From assembly GCA_052388195.1 (NCBI GenBank), contig JBQTIK010000037.1, forward strand, positions 1 through 53,652: 53,652 bases of DNA, written 5' to 3'. The translations under genes were made by a program, and so were the position numbers. The notes beneath the pieces are model-generated. The model searched no databases and was not told the DNA's origin. It saw nothing but the letters and a program-made list of their open reading frames with translations. Positions 17,586 through 27,142 of this stretch are shown here, piece after piece. This DNA comes from Nitrososphaerota archaeon. Lineage in GTDB: Archaea; Thermoproteota; Nitrososphaeria; Nitrososphaerales; Nitrosopumilaceae. Numbering within the stretch: position 1 is the stretch's first letter; every line of letters starts with the position of its first letter.

Positions 17586-18332
17586 TTAACTTTCTACTCG
17601 AGGTGCCAAGTAGAAATGAATTCTGCCTACGTTTGCAACTTTGAATTCTAGTCTCAATGGCATCTTGGTTGAATATTCACAAACTATGGTACCTGCAATA
17701 GTTCCCACAGCTTTTACAATGCTGTTAAGATATTCCAAGCTGTATGTTGCTGTACTATCTTCTTTGACATCAATCTCAGGCATCTCTGCCATTCCTTTTT
17801 CTAGAGTTATCACTGCCTCTCCAGAGTCTCCCCTACCAGAAAATTCTGCCTTGGAAGCAGTTGCGCTTATGGATAGATATTCTGATACCACCTGTACGTC
17901 ACCCAAAATTTTATCAAACTCTGCAGATGTCACGCCAATCTTTGCATTGTATGAAATTTTTGGTAGTGGTGTATCTGTTGCAGAGCTCTCAATCAGTCTC
18001 ATTTTGTATTTTTTATTTTTCCCTATTGTTACAAGTAATAGGTTGTCTTCAGAAATGCTGATCTCAATACTGTCTTTTTTATCTGCTCTTTTAATTAGCT
18101 TGGAAAACTCGTCTATCCTCACGCCAAACTTGACGTCATTATCACACTCATATTTTTCAAATGCAGAGTTTGGCCATGCTATATCTATGAGTGCTACGTG
18201 AGATGGATCCATTCCTCTAAAGGAGATTCCCTCAACAGTTGATTCAAATGTTGCTTCTTCAACAAGCGTGGAAATTGCAGAAATAATTGCCTTCCATTCG
18301 TCTGAGCCGCTAGTTTTAGCTGAAAATACCAA
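17586..18332 (-). CDS. pcn: DNA polymerase sliding clamp (PCNA)
   Basis: 248 aa. I read IISAISTLVEEATFESTVEGISFRGMDPSHVALIDI and the C-terminal LEFKV...IHFYLAPRVE as typical archaeal PCNA blocks. Confidence 0.85.
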   Translation of the reverse strand: MVFSAKTSGSDEWKAIISAISTLVEEATFESTVEGISFRGMDPSHVALIDIAWPNSAFEKYECDNDVKFGVRIDEFSKLIKRADKKDSIEISISEDNLLLVTIGKNKKYKMRLIESSATDTPLPKISYNAKIGVTSAEFDKILGDVQVVSEYLSISATASKAEFSGRGDSGEAVITLEKGMAEMPEIDVKEDSTATYSLEYLNSIVKAVGTIAGTIVCEYSTKMPLRLEFKVANVGRIHFYLAPRVES

Positions 18333-18367
18333 ACTTAATCACATGTCTAATTTGTTCAAGTTAAACG

Positions 18368-18682
18368 TTATGCGTAGTTACGCCAAGTATAGCTACATTT
18401 GGTGCAACGATAAAACTGAGTGGTTGGTTCATCTGCACTTCTAGTTTGTAACATCCACCAAACAGCTTCGGTGTGTCCACATTTTGCACAATCGATTTTT
18501 ATTACTGGTAGCGTTTCTTTTTTTTCGTTTTCATCTAAAATGTTGATGGTTGAAGTGCTTTCTCCTTTTTCCTGCTTTCTATGCTTAGCACCTTTTTCAG
18601 TATAGCCACACTTGGGACAATTAAAACTAGAATCAGCGCTGTCTTGTTTTAGACGCACCTCACATTTGGGGCAAAATTTCAT
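18368..18682 (-). CDS. tfs: Transcription factor S (TFS / RpoM-like)
   Basis: N-terminal zinc ribbon MKFCPKCE...CPKCG. C-terminal TFIIS-type ribbon CAKCGH...LQTRSADEPTTQFYRCTKC. Confidence 0.9.
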   Translation of the reverse strand: MKFCPKCEVRLKQDSADSSFNCPKCGYTEKGAKHRKQEKGESTSTINILDENEKKETLPVIKIDCAKCGHTEAVWWMLQTRSADEPTTQFYRCTKCSYTWRNYA

Positions 18683-18964
18683 TTAAGCACCCTTGATTTT
18701 TGAATTTACTAATTTCTTGAGTTCATTTGTATATTCAAGGGCAGTTTTTGTAGCCTTTTCTATTTCCTTTAATGGATTTCCTTTTGATGTGTTCACACGC
18801 ATCAAACATTCCCTTGTAAGTGGATGCTTCATTACGACGCCAGCAAATTCTATGCCAGGTTCTTTGAGGAGTTCATGTTGCACTATGTATAATGTGCCAA
18901 TATCAGATCTCGTTATGGTTAGGCAGACTTCTTTTGGAGAAGATTTTGTTATGGTAGCATCCAT
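18683..18964 (-). CDS. rpoL: DNA-directed RNA polymerase subunit L (Rpo11)
   Basis: TLYIVQHELLKEPGIEFAGVVMKHPL is the Rpo11/RpoL core. I prefer the ATG at 18964 (MDATITK) over the track start at 19000. The stop abuts the tfs start. Confidence 0.75.
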   Translation of the reverse strand: MDATITKSSPKEVCLTITRSDIGTLYIVQHELLKEPGIEFAGVVMKHPLTRECLMRVNTSKGNPLKEIEKATKTALEYTNELKKLVNSKIKGA

Positions 18965-19009
18965 GCAATAAAAAAAATACTTATTGAGGATATAAATCAT
19001 TATGATGCG

Positions 19010-19552
19010 TTGAGTGGTGAAAAGAGCTTTATCAGTGAGATCGAGCTTGAGAAATCAAATAACAAATTCAAAGAAGATGAAAATGTCGTAATAAATGTAA
19101 AATTTTCTGTTTTAGGTGCACTACGTGAGGCCTTTAATGAAAAAAATTGGGAGAGGGCATACAATAAACATGATAATGTATTCAAGCTAAAATATGCAGT
19201 GAAACTTTACACTAGTGGACTACGAAAACGTGATCTTGGAAAACCATTGAATACGTACAGAAAGGCTGCTATCTTTTGGACACGCAATCCCAGACTCACT
19301 CAAGTAGCAGAAAAAAAGATTTGGGTACAGATAGCAAAGAATTTTGAGCCATTTATTCCAAAAACGCAGGCAGAAGCACAGGAACTGCTTCTTGATTTTA
19401 ATGAAAAAATGGAATTCAAAGCATCTGAGCTTGGAAGTGGGAAACACAAGGTAGAGGCCGAAGTTTTTGTTTCTTGGCTCAAACATGATTATACAGAGCC
19501 CTTTAGTGATAAATCACATTCTAAAGAAATTGAAATTGCAATAACCAAATAG
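19010..19552 (+). CDS. Hypothetical protein
   Basis: 180-aa ORF (TTG start) with balanced, charged composition. No motif recognised. Confidence 0.5.
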   Translation: MSGEKSFISEIELEKSNNKFKEDENVVINVKFSVLGALREAFNEKNWERAYNKHDNVFKLKYAVKLYTSGLRKRDLGKPLNTYRKAAIFWTRNPRLTQVAEKKIWVQIAKNFEPFIPKTQAEAQELLLDFNEKMEFKASELGSGKHKVEAEVFVSWLKHDYTEPFSDKSHSKEIEIAITK

Positions 19553-19581
19553 GATATAAATAGAGTACATAGAGGAATTTT

Positions 19582-19737
19582 ATGGCAAAATTTGATGGAA
19601 TAAGAGGACAGGAACTGCTTGAAGTTGAAGACAAATCAGAAAAAGACAATGAGATAACATTGATCTTCAAGGACAATAGGTATCTGTTCATCAAACTTGA
19701 AAACGGAAAGATGGTAACTACATCAATACCTGAATAA
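19582..19737 (+). CDS. 51-aa hypothetical protein
   Basis: Hand translation gives MAKFDGIRGQELLEVEDKSEKDNEITLIFKDNRYLFIKLENGKMVTTSIPE*. It fills the gap between two genes and is below the ORF-track cutoff. Confidence 0.35.
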   Translation: MAKFDGIRGQELLEVEDKSEKDNEITLIFKDNRYLFIKLENGKMVTTSIPE

Positions 19738-19738
19738 T

Positions 19739-20233
19739 TTACTTGTTAAGAAATTTGTGATAAAGACCTATTGCTATTTCCTGTGATTCTGACTGGATAG
19801 AGCCTGGTCTTTCCTTACGCACTTTGTCAATTGCGTCTTTTATAGAAAAATTATGATATTTTATAAGATAACAGGCAAGTATGGTACCAGTTCTGCCAAC
19901 ACCGGCAGCACAATGAACCATGGTAGGTTCACCGCTTTTGATTCGCTCGTGGATAAAGTCTATAGTGTGATCAATTTTTTCCATGTCGGGTGCAGAAAAA
20001 TCTTCTGTAGGCACATGAAGATATTTTACATTTTGAACCCAAGATTCTGGAAGAGGATTTTCAGTCATTGTGATAACAGACTTGATACCTTGTCTGATAA
20101 CCCATTGTAGTTCTGTTGAAGATGTTGGCATACCACTGCCTGCAAGTTTATTGTTAATGAGCCAACTAAAATTAGTTGGTTTTTTAGTTATCTTGCCGTG
20201 AACTTTACGCCATAAATTACCTGGTTTGCTCAA
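19739..20233 (-). CDS. Dual-specificity / Cys-based protein phosphatase
   Basis: Active-site loop VHCAAGVGRTGT (HCxxGxxR[ST]). Confidence 0.85.
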   Translation of the reverse strand: MSKPGNLWRKVHGKITKKPTNFSWLINNKLAGSGMPTSSTELQWVIRQGIKSVITMTENPLPESWVQNVKYLHVPTEDFSAPDMEKIDHTIDFIHERIKSGEPTMVHCAAGVGRTGTILACYLIKYHNFSIKDAIDKVRKERPGSIQSESQEIAIGLYHKFLNK

Positions 20234-20334
20234 TAAGAGGGGTTGAAGTTTTCCATATATTTAGACAACTAAGGCCGTATCAAACAAAGTTATCACTAAA
20301 GAAGGATTAATAAAAAGAAGTTAATGTCGGCCGA

Positions 20335-20634
20335 CTAATCTACTAGTTCGGTCCAACCTTTGACGAATACAGAGTTTCTGTATAGTGGTACTGGTTGTCC
20401 TACAGTAAAGTCCATTGGTCTCATCCAAAAGATTGCCTTTGTTGGACAAACTCCAATGCATGCTCCATCGGAGATGCATCTTTCTGGATAAAAGACGAAT
20501 GCTTTTCCTCTCTTCCAGCCCTCTACTGGTTTAACTCTCAATACGTCTGGTCCTAGTGTTGTGCAGATCTCTACACAGAGCGCACAACCTATACACATTT
20601 GTTCACCTATGTCTGGTAATATCGCGACTGGCAT
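20335..20634 (-). CDS. 2x[4Fe-4S] ferredoxin-domain protein
   Basis: CIGCALCVEIC and CISDGACIGVCP cluster motifs. Confidence 0.85.
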   Translation of the reverse strand: MPVAILPDIGEQMCIGCALCVEICTTLGPDVLRVKPVEGWKRGKAFVFYPERCISDGACIGVCPTKAIFWMRPMDFTVGQPVPLYRNSVFVKGWTELVD

Positions 20635-20668
20635 ATTGACTCGCTAGTCTTTTCGCAACAGATCTTAA

Positions 20669-20697
20669 TATAACTTGCTCAAAAAAATCAAGTTATA
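20669..20697. promoter_or_regulatory. Inverted repeat TATAACTTG-N11-CAAGTTATA upstream of the ferredoxin gene
   Basis: 9-bp perfect arms, 35-63 nt upstream of the 20634 start (minus strand). Confidence 0.3.
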
Positions 20698-20830
20698 ACG
20701 GCGTTTGACGATTTTATAACAGTGTATTGAAATTTGCGCAACCTTTGCATTCTACGAATTTAGAATGATGTTGCGTTAAATTTAGTAAAGATCGGTGTTT
20801 TTTTATAATTTGATTTTATTTTCAAATTCA

Positions 20831-21107
20831 GTGACAAACAAAGTCCATTGTGCACACATATTGGTTGAAAAGCTTAGCTTAGCACAAGAACTTAAGGCAA
20901 GAATCGCAAAGGGCGAAAGCTTTACAAATCTTGCAAAACAGTATTCTATAGACAGTTCAAAAAGAAGAGGTGGGGATCTTGGTTTTTTTTGGGAGAGGTA
21001 TGATGGTACCAGAATTTGAAAAAACTGCGTTTGCGTTGGAAAAGGGACAGGTTTCTGACATAGTAAAAACTCAGTTTGGATATCACATCATAAAAAGATT
21101 AGATTAG
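20831..21107 (+). pseudogene. Parvulin-type PPIase (PinA-like) interrupted by a +1 frameshift in a T8 run
   Basis: Frame A reads (M)TNKVHCAHILVEK...[11 protein letters not shown] up to T8 at 20983-20990. Frame B continues [38 protein letters not shown] and ends at 21107. Removing one T gives a 91-aa protein collinear with archaeal single-domain parvulins. Confidence 0.8.
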
Positions 21108-21742
21108 AGTGGGATCAAGCTTGCTGGAATAACAATTTTTTCTTTATTATTCAAAAAGTTTAGTACTATTCCCCGTTCATCTTGTTCTAATAATATTTTT
21201 TGTGCATCGTTTGCCTCAATGAGGCGCTTTCCTGTAGGAGAAAGTATCCATCCTTCTTCTTTTTTGAATCTCACCATGCTGGCTATGATAACATAAGAAT
21301 CGGTGCTTTGTGCCACACTCGCAAGCAACATAACATAAGAGGTAACAAGCCTACCAATCTCTTTTCTTTTGTTTAAGACATTAAAAAGACCGTTAAGGGA
21401 ATCAACTATTATTACTGATTTTTTGATGCTTGATTTTACCAATACATCAGTTAGTATTTTATTCCATGTTTCAAAGGTAGGTTGGAATAAAGTAAGGTTT
21501 TGAGGAATGTGAAGCATTCCAGATGCGAGGTATCCACTATACAATAAATCAAGATCCAAATACAAAATATCAATTTTAGTGTCTTGTACAAGTTTGGCAA
21601 TAAAACCTGCTTTTATGAATGGCTCAGAATACAAAACCGAATTAATCTTGGTATGTGAAAATATACTTTCTAAATTCAGAGTGGTGTTTTTTGCAGATTT
21701 AGTGTTATCATGATTTTTAAACAACAGCCTGCCTAGATACAT
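21104..21742 (-). CDS. RecA/KaiC-fold-like protein lacking a Walker A motif
   Basis: A Walker-B-like strand, [13 protein letters not shown], and a RecA-superfamily-like C-terminal half. There is no GxxxxGK[ST] anywhere. Confidence 0.45.
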   Translation of the reverse strand: MYLGRLLFKNHDNTKSAKNTTLNLESIFSHTKINSVLYSEPFIKAGFIAKLVQDTKIDILYLDLDLLYSGYLASGMLHIPQNLTLFQPTFETWNKILTDVLVKSSIKKSVIIVDSLNGLFNVLNKRKEIGRLVTSYVMLLASVAQSTDSYVIIASMVRFKKEEGWILSPTGKRLIEANDAQKILLEQDERGIVLNFLNNKEKIVIPASLIPL

Positions 21743-21754
21743 TGTAATATAATA

Positions 21755-22903
21755 ATGAATTTAGATTACGATTTTTCTCAAGATTTTCCATTTAAAAGTA
21801 GAATCTATCTTAATAGTGCATCAACGTCACTCATGCCAATTTCTAGCATCAAGGCGATGACTGACTTTCTTGTAACATATAATGAATTGGGACCTGATTC
21901 CAGCACCGCAGACAACTTTGTCAGAGAAAAGCTATTCCTTACTAGAAAGGCGATTTCACATTTAATAAAATGTAAACCAGAAGAAGTGATCCTCACCCAA
22001 AGCACAACTGATGGAGTTAACATGGTTGCAAGTGGCTTGAAGCTGAAATCCACTTCTAACATTATAATTCGTGGTTCAAATCATGAACACCCAGCAAATC
22101 ACTATCCATGGATACGTCTTTCCAGCAAAGTTCAGATAAGAAATCTAGATGTTAATGAAATTGGATTTTTTGAGCTGGAACAACTAAAACGGATGATTGA
22201 TACTAACACAGATCTTGTGGTGTTAAGTCATGCTCTGTTTAATACTGGCGCAATTCTTCCGGTAGAAGAGGTTGGAAAGAAACTTAGCGAAAGTAACATT
22301 CCGTATTTTGTAGATTCTGCACAAACAGTTGGTTGTATTGCTGATGTTGATGTAAATAAAATCAAATGCAATTTCATGTCGTTTAATGGTTCAAAGTGGC
22401 TTTGTGGACCTATGGGAACGGGTCTATTTTATTGTAAAAAAGAATCAAGTGAACTTTTAGAACCCCTTCAGACTGGTGGTGAGTCTGCAATTTTTTATGA
22501 AGGGAAACTTGCATACAAGGAAATGCCGGCCAAATTTCAGGCAGGATTTCGTAATTGGGCTGGGGTGACAGGGCTTGAAGCATCTGTGGTTTATCTATTA
22601 CGACTTGGGCTTAGAAATATTAGGCAAAAAAATATCAAGCTTGCGAACTTGCTACGTGTAGAATTGTCAAAAATCTCAGGCGTTACCTTGTATGGACCAG
22701 AGGAGTCAGAAAAGAGAACAAGTATAGTATCATTTTCGCTTCAAAACCAAGACCCAAAAATTGTCGTAGAAAGGCTCGAGAAAGAAAACATCGTTCTTGC
22801 TGTACGAGAAATCTTTAGTAAAAAAGTAATAAGAGCCTCAATGCATTTTTTTAACAGGGAATCAGAAATTCTTAAAGTTATTGAAGCTATTAAAAAAATG
22901 TAG
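21755..22903 (+). CDS. Class V aminotransferase / cysteine desulfurase-like protein
   Basis: YLNSAS, TQSTTDGVN, VDSAQTVG and SFNGSKWLCGPMGTGLFY (PLP-Lys) follow the NifS/SufS/CsdA-like pattern. Confidence 0.8.
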   Translation: MNLDYDFSQDFPFKSRIYLNSASTSLMPISSIKAMTDFLVTYNELGPDSSTADNFVREKLFLTRKAISHLIKCKPEEVILTQSTTDGVNMVASGLKLKSTSNIIIRGSNHEHPANHYPWIRLSSKVQIRNLDVNEIGFFELEQLKRMIDTNTDLVVLSHALFNTGAILPVEEVGKKLSESNIPYFVDSAQTVGCIADVDVNKIKCNFMSFNGSKWLCGPMGTGLFYCKKESSELLEPLQTGGESAIFYEGKLAYKEMPAKFQAGFRNWAGVTGLEASVVYLLRLGLRNIRQKNIKLANLLRVELSKISGVTLYGPEESEKRTSIVSFSLQNQDPKIVVERLEKENIVLAVREIFSKKVIRASMHFFNRESEILKVIEAIKKM

Positions 22904-23164
22904 TTATTGTTCTTGTTCTTCGATAACCATCATTGTTAAAGTAGAGTAGACTTTGTCAATTTTTCGGATTTTATTTGTGATAATGTTTCTTAGGTGATCC
23001 ATGCTATCTGATGTAATTTTTACGACTATGTCATACACGCCATATACTCCTTGGACTTCATATTGAACAGCTTTACCTTCATTATCTAGTATTTCCTTGA
23101 TTTTTTTAATAATCTCTACATCAGAACCCAAATCCGAATTTAGCAAAATATAGGTTGTTGGCAT
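22904..23164 (-). CDS. Stand-alone Lrp/AsnC ligand-binding (RAM) domain protein
   Basis: 86 aa. YILLNSDLGSDVEIIKKIKEI...VQGVYGVYDIVVKITSDSMDHLRNII is the typical RAM-domain pattern, with no HTH. Confidence 0.7.
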   Translation of the reverse strand: MPTTYILLNSDLGSDVEIIKKIKEILDNEGKAVQYEVQGVYGVYDIVVKITSDSMDHLRNIITNKIRKIDKVYSTLTMMVIEEQEQ

Positions 23165-23215
23165 AAGGTAATTCCAGTTTAGACAATATTTAACCTTTGA
23201 CTGAAATTATCAAAA

Positions 23216-23887
23216 TTGATTAGTTACATGGACCAAATGAATTTGATGTCTCCTTTGGACCTTACGCTTGAAATTTCTCCAAAACTTCCAAGTTTTCCTG
23301 GGTCACCACAACCTCAATTCATTTCATGGGCAACAAATAAAATGGATGGTTACAATTTAGAACTCGTTTTTCTTAGCTCGCATTCAGGTACGCATCTAGA
23401 CGCACCGTTTCATTTTCTAGATGGGGGTCTTAAGATAGATAAAATCCCCGTTAAACGACTGGTTTGCAATGCGGTTTTATATAAGGTTAAGAAGGGACCA
23501 AACGAAGCTATCACAAAAAAAGACATTCTTGAATTTGAAAAAAAACATGATAATATAGTTGCCAACTCAAGTATAATTTTTGCAACTGGTTGGAACAAGA
23601 ATTTACTAAAGAAATCTTATTTTGAAAAAAATCCCGGCCTATCAATTGATGCCGCAAAATATCTCGTATCTAAAAAAATCAATCTGGTTGGAATCGATTC
23701 CCCAAGTATTGATCTGGGAAAAAACTCTAGTTTTTCAGTGCATCATGTGCTATTAAAAAAAGATATTTTAATTTTAGAGAATTTATGTAATTTAGAAAAA
23801 ATTTCCAGAACACACTTCAAATTAGTTGTTTTGCCTTTAAAGCTAAAAGGGGCTACAGGTTCGCCTGTACGGGCAATTGCTCTTTAA
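23216..23887 (+). CDS. Putative cyclase / arylformamidase (kynurenine formamidase-like) family protein
   Basis: SSHSGTHLDAPFHF metal-binding motif. The track uses a TTG start; an in-frame ATG lies at 23228. Confidence 0.75.
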   Translation: MISYMDQMNLMSPLDLTLEISPKLPSFPGSPQPQFISWATNKMDGYNLELVFLSSHSGTHLDAPFHFLDGGLKIDKIPVKRLVCNAVLYKVKKGPNEAITKKDILEFEKKHDNIVANSSIIFATGWNKNLLKKSYFEKNPGLSIDAAKYLVSKKINLVGIDSPSIDLGKNSSFSVHHVLLKKDILILENLCNLEKISRTHFKLVVLPLKLKGATGSPVRAIAL

Positions 23888-24945
23888 TAGACAAACTGGA
23901 ATCTATTATGCTTATAATTTTCTGGAAGTTTTCCAGTTATAGGAATCTTGTTTCCACAAAACCTGCAGTTGTTATTCTCGTCCATGTTCCATCCTTGAAT
24001 ATCATAGCCATGCCTTTTGACTACTATGTTATTACACTGAGAGCAATAGGTGTGTTCTAGAGGGTGACCTGGTACGTTACCAAGGTATACATAAGTGAGC
24101 CCTTCTTTTTTTGCAACCTCATAGTGCTTTTCAAGTGTCTTTACAGGAGTTGGTTCGAACTCCATCATTTTGTAATCTGGATGGAATCGTAAGAAGTGTA
24201 TTGGCATCTCGGGACCAAATTCGTCATAGATGAATTTGCAAAGCTTGCTCGCGTATTCTAGGTTATCTCCAACTTGTGGCACTATCAGGTCTGTTATTTC
24301 TACGTGAATCTTTGTTTTGTCTCTAATCTCTAAAAGTGTGTCAAAAATTGGTTTAGGATCAGGAACCCCTATGTATCTTCTAGTAAATTGCGGTTCTGCG
24401 CTTCCCTTAAAGTCTACAGTGATACAATCAAGAAATTCTCCCATCATCTTTACTGTTTCGGGAGTATCGTAACCGTTTGATACAAAAATATTGAAAAGAC
24501 CTTTTTTTCTTGCAGCTATTCCACAGTCACGTGCAAATTCAATGAATATTGAGGGTTGGTTGTAAGTGTAAGCTATTCCGTGAGCTCCGTATCTTATAGC
24601 CTGATCTGCTACATCATCTGGCGTCATGTCAGTTCCTTCTACTTTTCGTCTTTGACTGATGTCATAGTTTTGGCAGTACTTACACAACCAGTTACATCCT
24701 GTGGTAGCTATGGAAAATATGCTTGTGCCAGGTCTGTAGTGTATGACTGGTTTTTTCTCTATTGGATCTACATTTCCTGAAATAACTTTTCCATATACAA
24801 ATAGCTGAAGCTTTCCATCTGTATTTCCTCTAATGCCACAAAGACCTATCTGTCCCTTGCCAATTTCACAATATCTAGCACAGGCTGTGCATCTAACCTT
24901 CTCGTTTGGTAACTTTTCATAAAGTATTGCCTCTTTAGTCGTCAT
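23884..24945 (-). CDS. AmmeMemoRadiSam-system radical SAM enzyme
   Basis: N-terminal CTACARYC...C cluster plus the radical-SAM CNWLCKYCQN (CxxxCxxC). The C-terminal Cys-rich tail CSQCN...CRFCG is typical of this family. Confidence 0.75.
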   Translation of the reverse strand: MTTKEAILYEKLPNEKVRCTACARYCEIGKGQIGLCGIRGNTDGKLQLFVYGKVISGNVDPIEKKPVIHYRPGTSIFSIATTGCNWLCKYCQNYDISQRRKVEGTDMTPDDVADQAIRYGAHGIAYTYNQPSIFIEFARDCGIAARKKGLFNIFVSNGYDTPETVKMMGEFLDCITVDFKGSAEPQFTRRYIGVPDPKPIFDTLLEIRDKTKIHVEITDLIVPQVGDNLEYASKLCKFIYDEFGPEMPIHFLRFHPDYKMMEFEPTPVKTLEKHYEVAKKEGLTYVYLGNVPGHPLEHTYCSQCNNIVVKRHGYDIQGWNMDENNNCRFCGNKIPITGKLPENYKHNRFQFVY

Positions 24946-24972
24946 ACATTATACTTGAAATTATCATATAAG

Positions 24973-27114
24973 CTATGATGTTACTACAGATATCTGATGT
25001 GCTTTGTCGGGTCTTATTTTGTTAATGGCGTTAACAAAATCTTCCTGAGTTATTTTGATGGATTTTACTGATTTTTCATTGGTATTCACAAATCGCTTTA
25101 TTCCGGTCATAGCTGCCCTATTACATACACTAGCTATTTCTGCTCCACTAAATCCTTCAGTGTATTCTACAAGTTTTGTGAAGTCGGCATTATTAGCTAG
25201 TGGCTTTTTCTTTGTATGAATTCTGAAGATGTTTTCCCGTCCTTTTACATCAGGCATTGATACTTCGATTATTCTGTCAAATCTGCCTGGTCTGAGCAGA
25301 GCCGAATCTACTATGTCTAACCTATTAGTTGCCCCAATAACTACCACATTGTGCAGTTCTTCAAGACCATCAATTTCTGTTAGAATTTGAGATACTACCC
25401 TTTCAGTAACATGTGAATCAGAAGTGCCAGAACTCCTACTTGGAGCAATTGCGTCTATTTCGTCTAGAAATATGATACAAGGAGCTGCTTGGTGTGCTTT
25501 TCTGAAAATTTCCCTTACTCCTTTTTCAGATTCTCCTACCCATTTTGATAAAAGTTCAGGACCTTTTATGTTGATAAAGTTAGATTCAGTTGTGTGTGCT
25601 ATTGCTTTTGCAATCAGGGTTTTGCCTGTGCCTGGAGGTCCATGTAAAAGAATTCCTTTTGGAGCAGCAACATCTGCGTGTTCAAATGCCTCTTTGTGTT
25701 TTAGTGGCCATTCAATAGCTTCACAAAGTTCTTCTTTAAGTGATTCTAATCCTCCAACATCATCCCATGTTACATTAGGAACTTGAACTAGAACTTCTCT
25801 TAATGCAGATGGCCTAACTTCTTTTAAGGCGTCTTTAAAGTCTTGATCAGTAATTATAATTTTTTGTAAGACTTCAGATGGTATCTTTTCTACTTCTAGA
25901 TCTAACTCAGGAAGTATTCTTCGTAATGAGCGCATAGCGGCTTCTTTAGTAAGAATTTCTAAATCAGCGCCAACAAATCCATGTGTTACTTTAGCAATTT
26001 GTTCTAAATTGACTTTGTCATCAAGTGGCATCCCACGTGTATGAATGTCTAAGATTTCTTTTCTACCTGCTTCGTCAGGTATACCGATCTCGATTTCTCT
26101 ATCAAAACGTCCTGGTCTTCGTATTGCAGGATCAAGAGAATCTGGTCTGTTTGTTGCTGCAATTACAACAACTTTACCTCTTGATTTCATTCCATCCATT
26201 AAAGTCAATAATTGTGATACTACTCTTTTTTCTACTTCACCAGTAACCTCTTCTCTTTTTGGTGCAATAGAATCTATTTCATCAATGAATACTATGCTGG
26301 GGGCACTTTCTTCTGCTTGTTTGAAGATGTCTCGTAATCTTTCTTCGCTTTCGCCATAGTATTTACCAATGATTTCAGGTCCACTGAGTGAAATAAAGTG
26401 AGAATTTGTCTCACCAGCTACTGCTTTTGCTAAGAGAGTTTTGCCTGTGCCTGGAGGTCCATATAGCAATACTCCTTTTGGTGCTTCTACACCCAGTTTT
26501 TCAAATAATTCTGGGTGTCGCATAGGAAGCTCTACCATTTCACGTATTTTTTGAACTTCATTTTTTAATCCACCCAGATCATCGTAAGTAATTCTTGGAA
26601 TAGAGTGATCTAGTGTTTTGGTCATAGGTCCTAGTTTGAATTTGGTTTGTTCAGTTACTATTACTGGTTTTGAGGCTGGTGTAGTGCTTGTTACAACCAG
26701 TTGAGTTTTTCCACCTAATTGAGTTGTTACTACAAGTGTATCACCGGTGGTTAAAACATGACCAATATAATTGGCTTGCATGTATTCCTGTAATCCTTCT
26801 GCGCTCAATTTTTCAATTGGAGAGATAACTACATGTTCTGCCTCTTTTGCAACCACTTTTTTTACAGAAATTTTTTCGCCTATACCTGAACCTATATTCT
26901 GTCTTGTTATACCATCAATTTTTATCATTCCAGTGCCATAATCTTCGGCTGAACCAGGCCATAATTTTACGTGGCTTTTTCTATTACCTACAAGTTCTAA
27001 GATTTGACCAGTTTCCCAGTTGTTATCTTCAACAATTTTTGGATCAACTACCGCTATACCTTTGCCTACATGGCGTTGTGAAACTTCAGTAATTTTTAAA
27101 ATGATTTCATTCAT
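24973..27114 (-). CDS. cdc48: CDC48/VCP-like AAA+ ATPase (two AAA domains)
   Basis: Two Walker A motifs GPPGTGKT(L), two DEID Walker B motifs and an N-terminal double-psi-barrel-like region. 713 aa. Confidence 0.95.
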   Translation of the reverse strand: MNEIILKITEVSQRHVGKGIAVVDPKIVEDNNWETGQILELVGNRKSHVKLWPGSAEDYGTGMIKIDGITRQNIGSGIGEKISVKKVVAKEAEHVVISPIEKLSAEGLQEYMQANYIGHVLTTGDTLVVTTQLGGKTQLVVTSTTPASKPVIVTEQTKFKLGPMTKTLDHSIPRITYDDLGGLKNEVQKIREMVELPMRHPELFEKLGVEAPKGVLLYGPPGTGKTLLAKAVAGETNSHFISLSGPEIIGKYYGESEERLRDIFKQAEESAPSIVFIDEIDSIAPKREEVTGEVEKRVVSQLLTLMDGMKSRGKVVVIAATNRPDSLDPAIRRPGRFDREIEIGIPDEAGRKEILDIHTRGMPLDDKVNLEQIAKVTHGFVGADLEILTKEAAMRSLRRILPELDLEVEKIPSEVLQKIIITDQDFKDALKEVRPSALREVLVQVPNVTWDDVGGLESLKEELCEAIEWPLKHKEAFEHADVAAPKGILLHGPPGTGKTLIAKAIAHTTESNFINIKGPELLSKWVGESEKGVREIFRKAHQAAPCIIFLDEIDAIAPSRSSGTSDSHVTERVVSQILTEIDGLEELHNVVVIGATNRLDIVDSALLRPGRFDRIIEVSMPDVKGRENIFRIHTKKKPLANNADFTKLVEYTEGFSGAEIASVCNRAAMTGIKRFVNTNEKSVKSIKITQEDFVNAINKIRPDKAHQISVVTS

Positions 27115-27142
27115 AATCCAATCACCATAAAAAATGGAGGGT

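Noticed and set aside
17641-18201. 186-aa + strand ORF inside the PCNA gene
   Set aside because: Antisense shadow with Ser/Leu-rich composition.
18965-19000. 12-codon N-terminal extension of the rpoL ORF
   Set aside because: MIYILNKYFFYC is probably translated promoter DNA. The ATG at 18964 gives a normal Rpo11 N-terminus.
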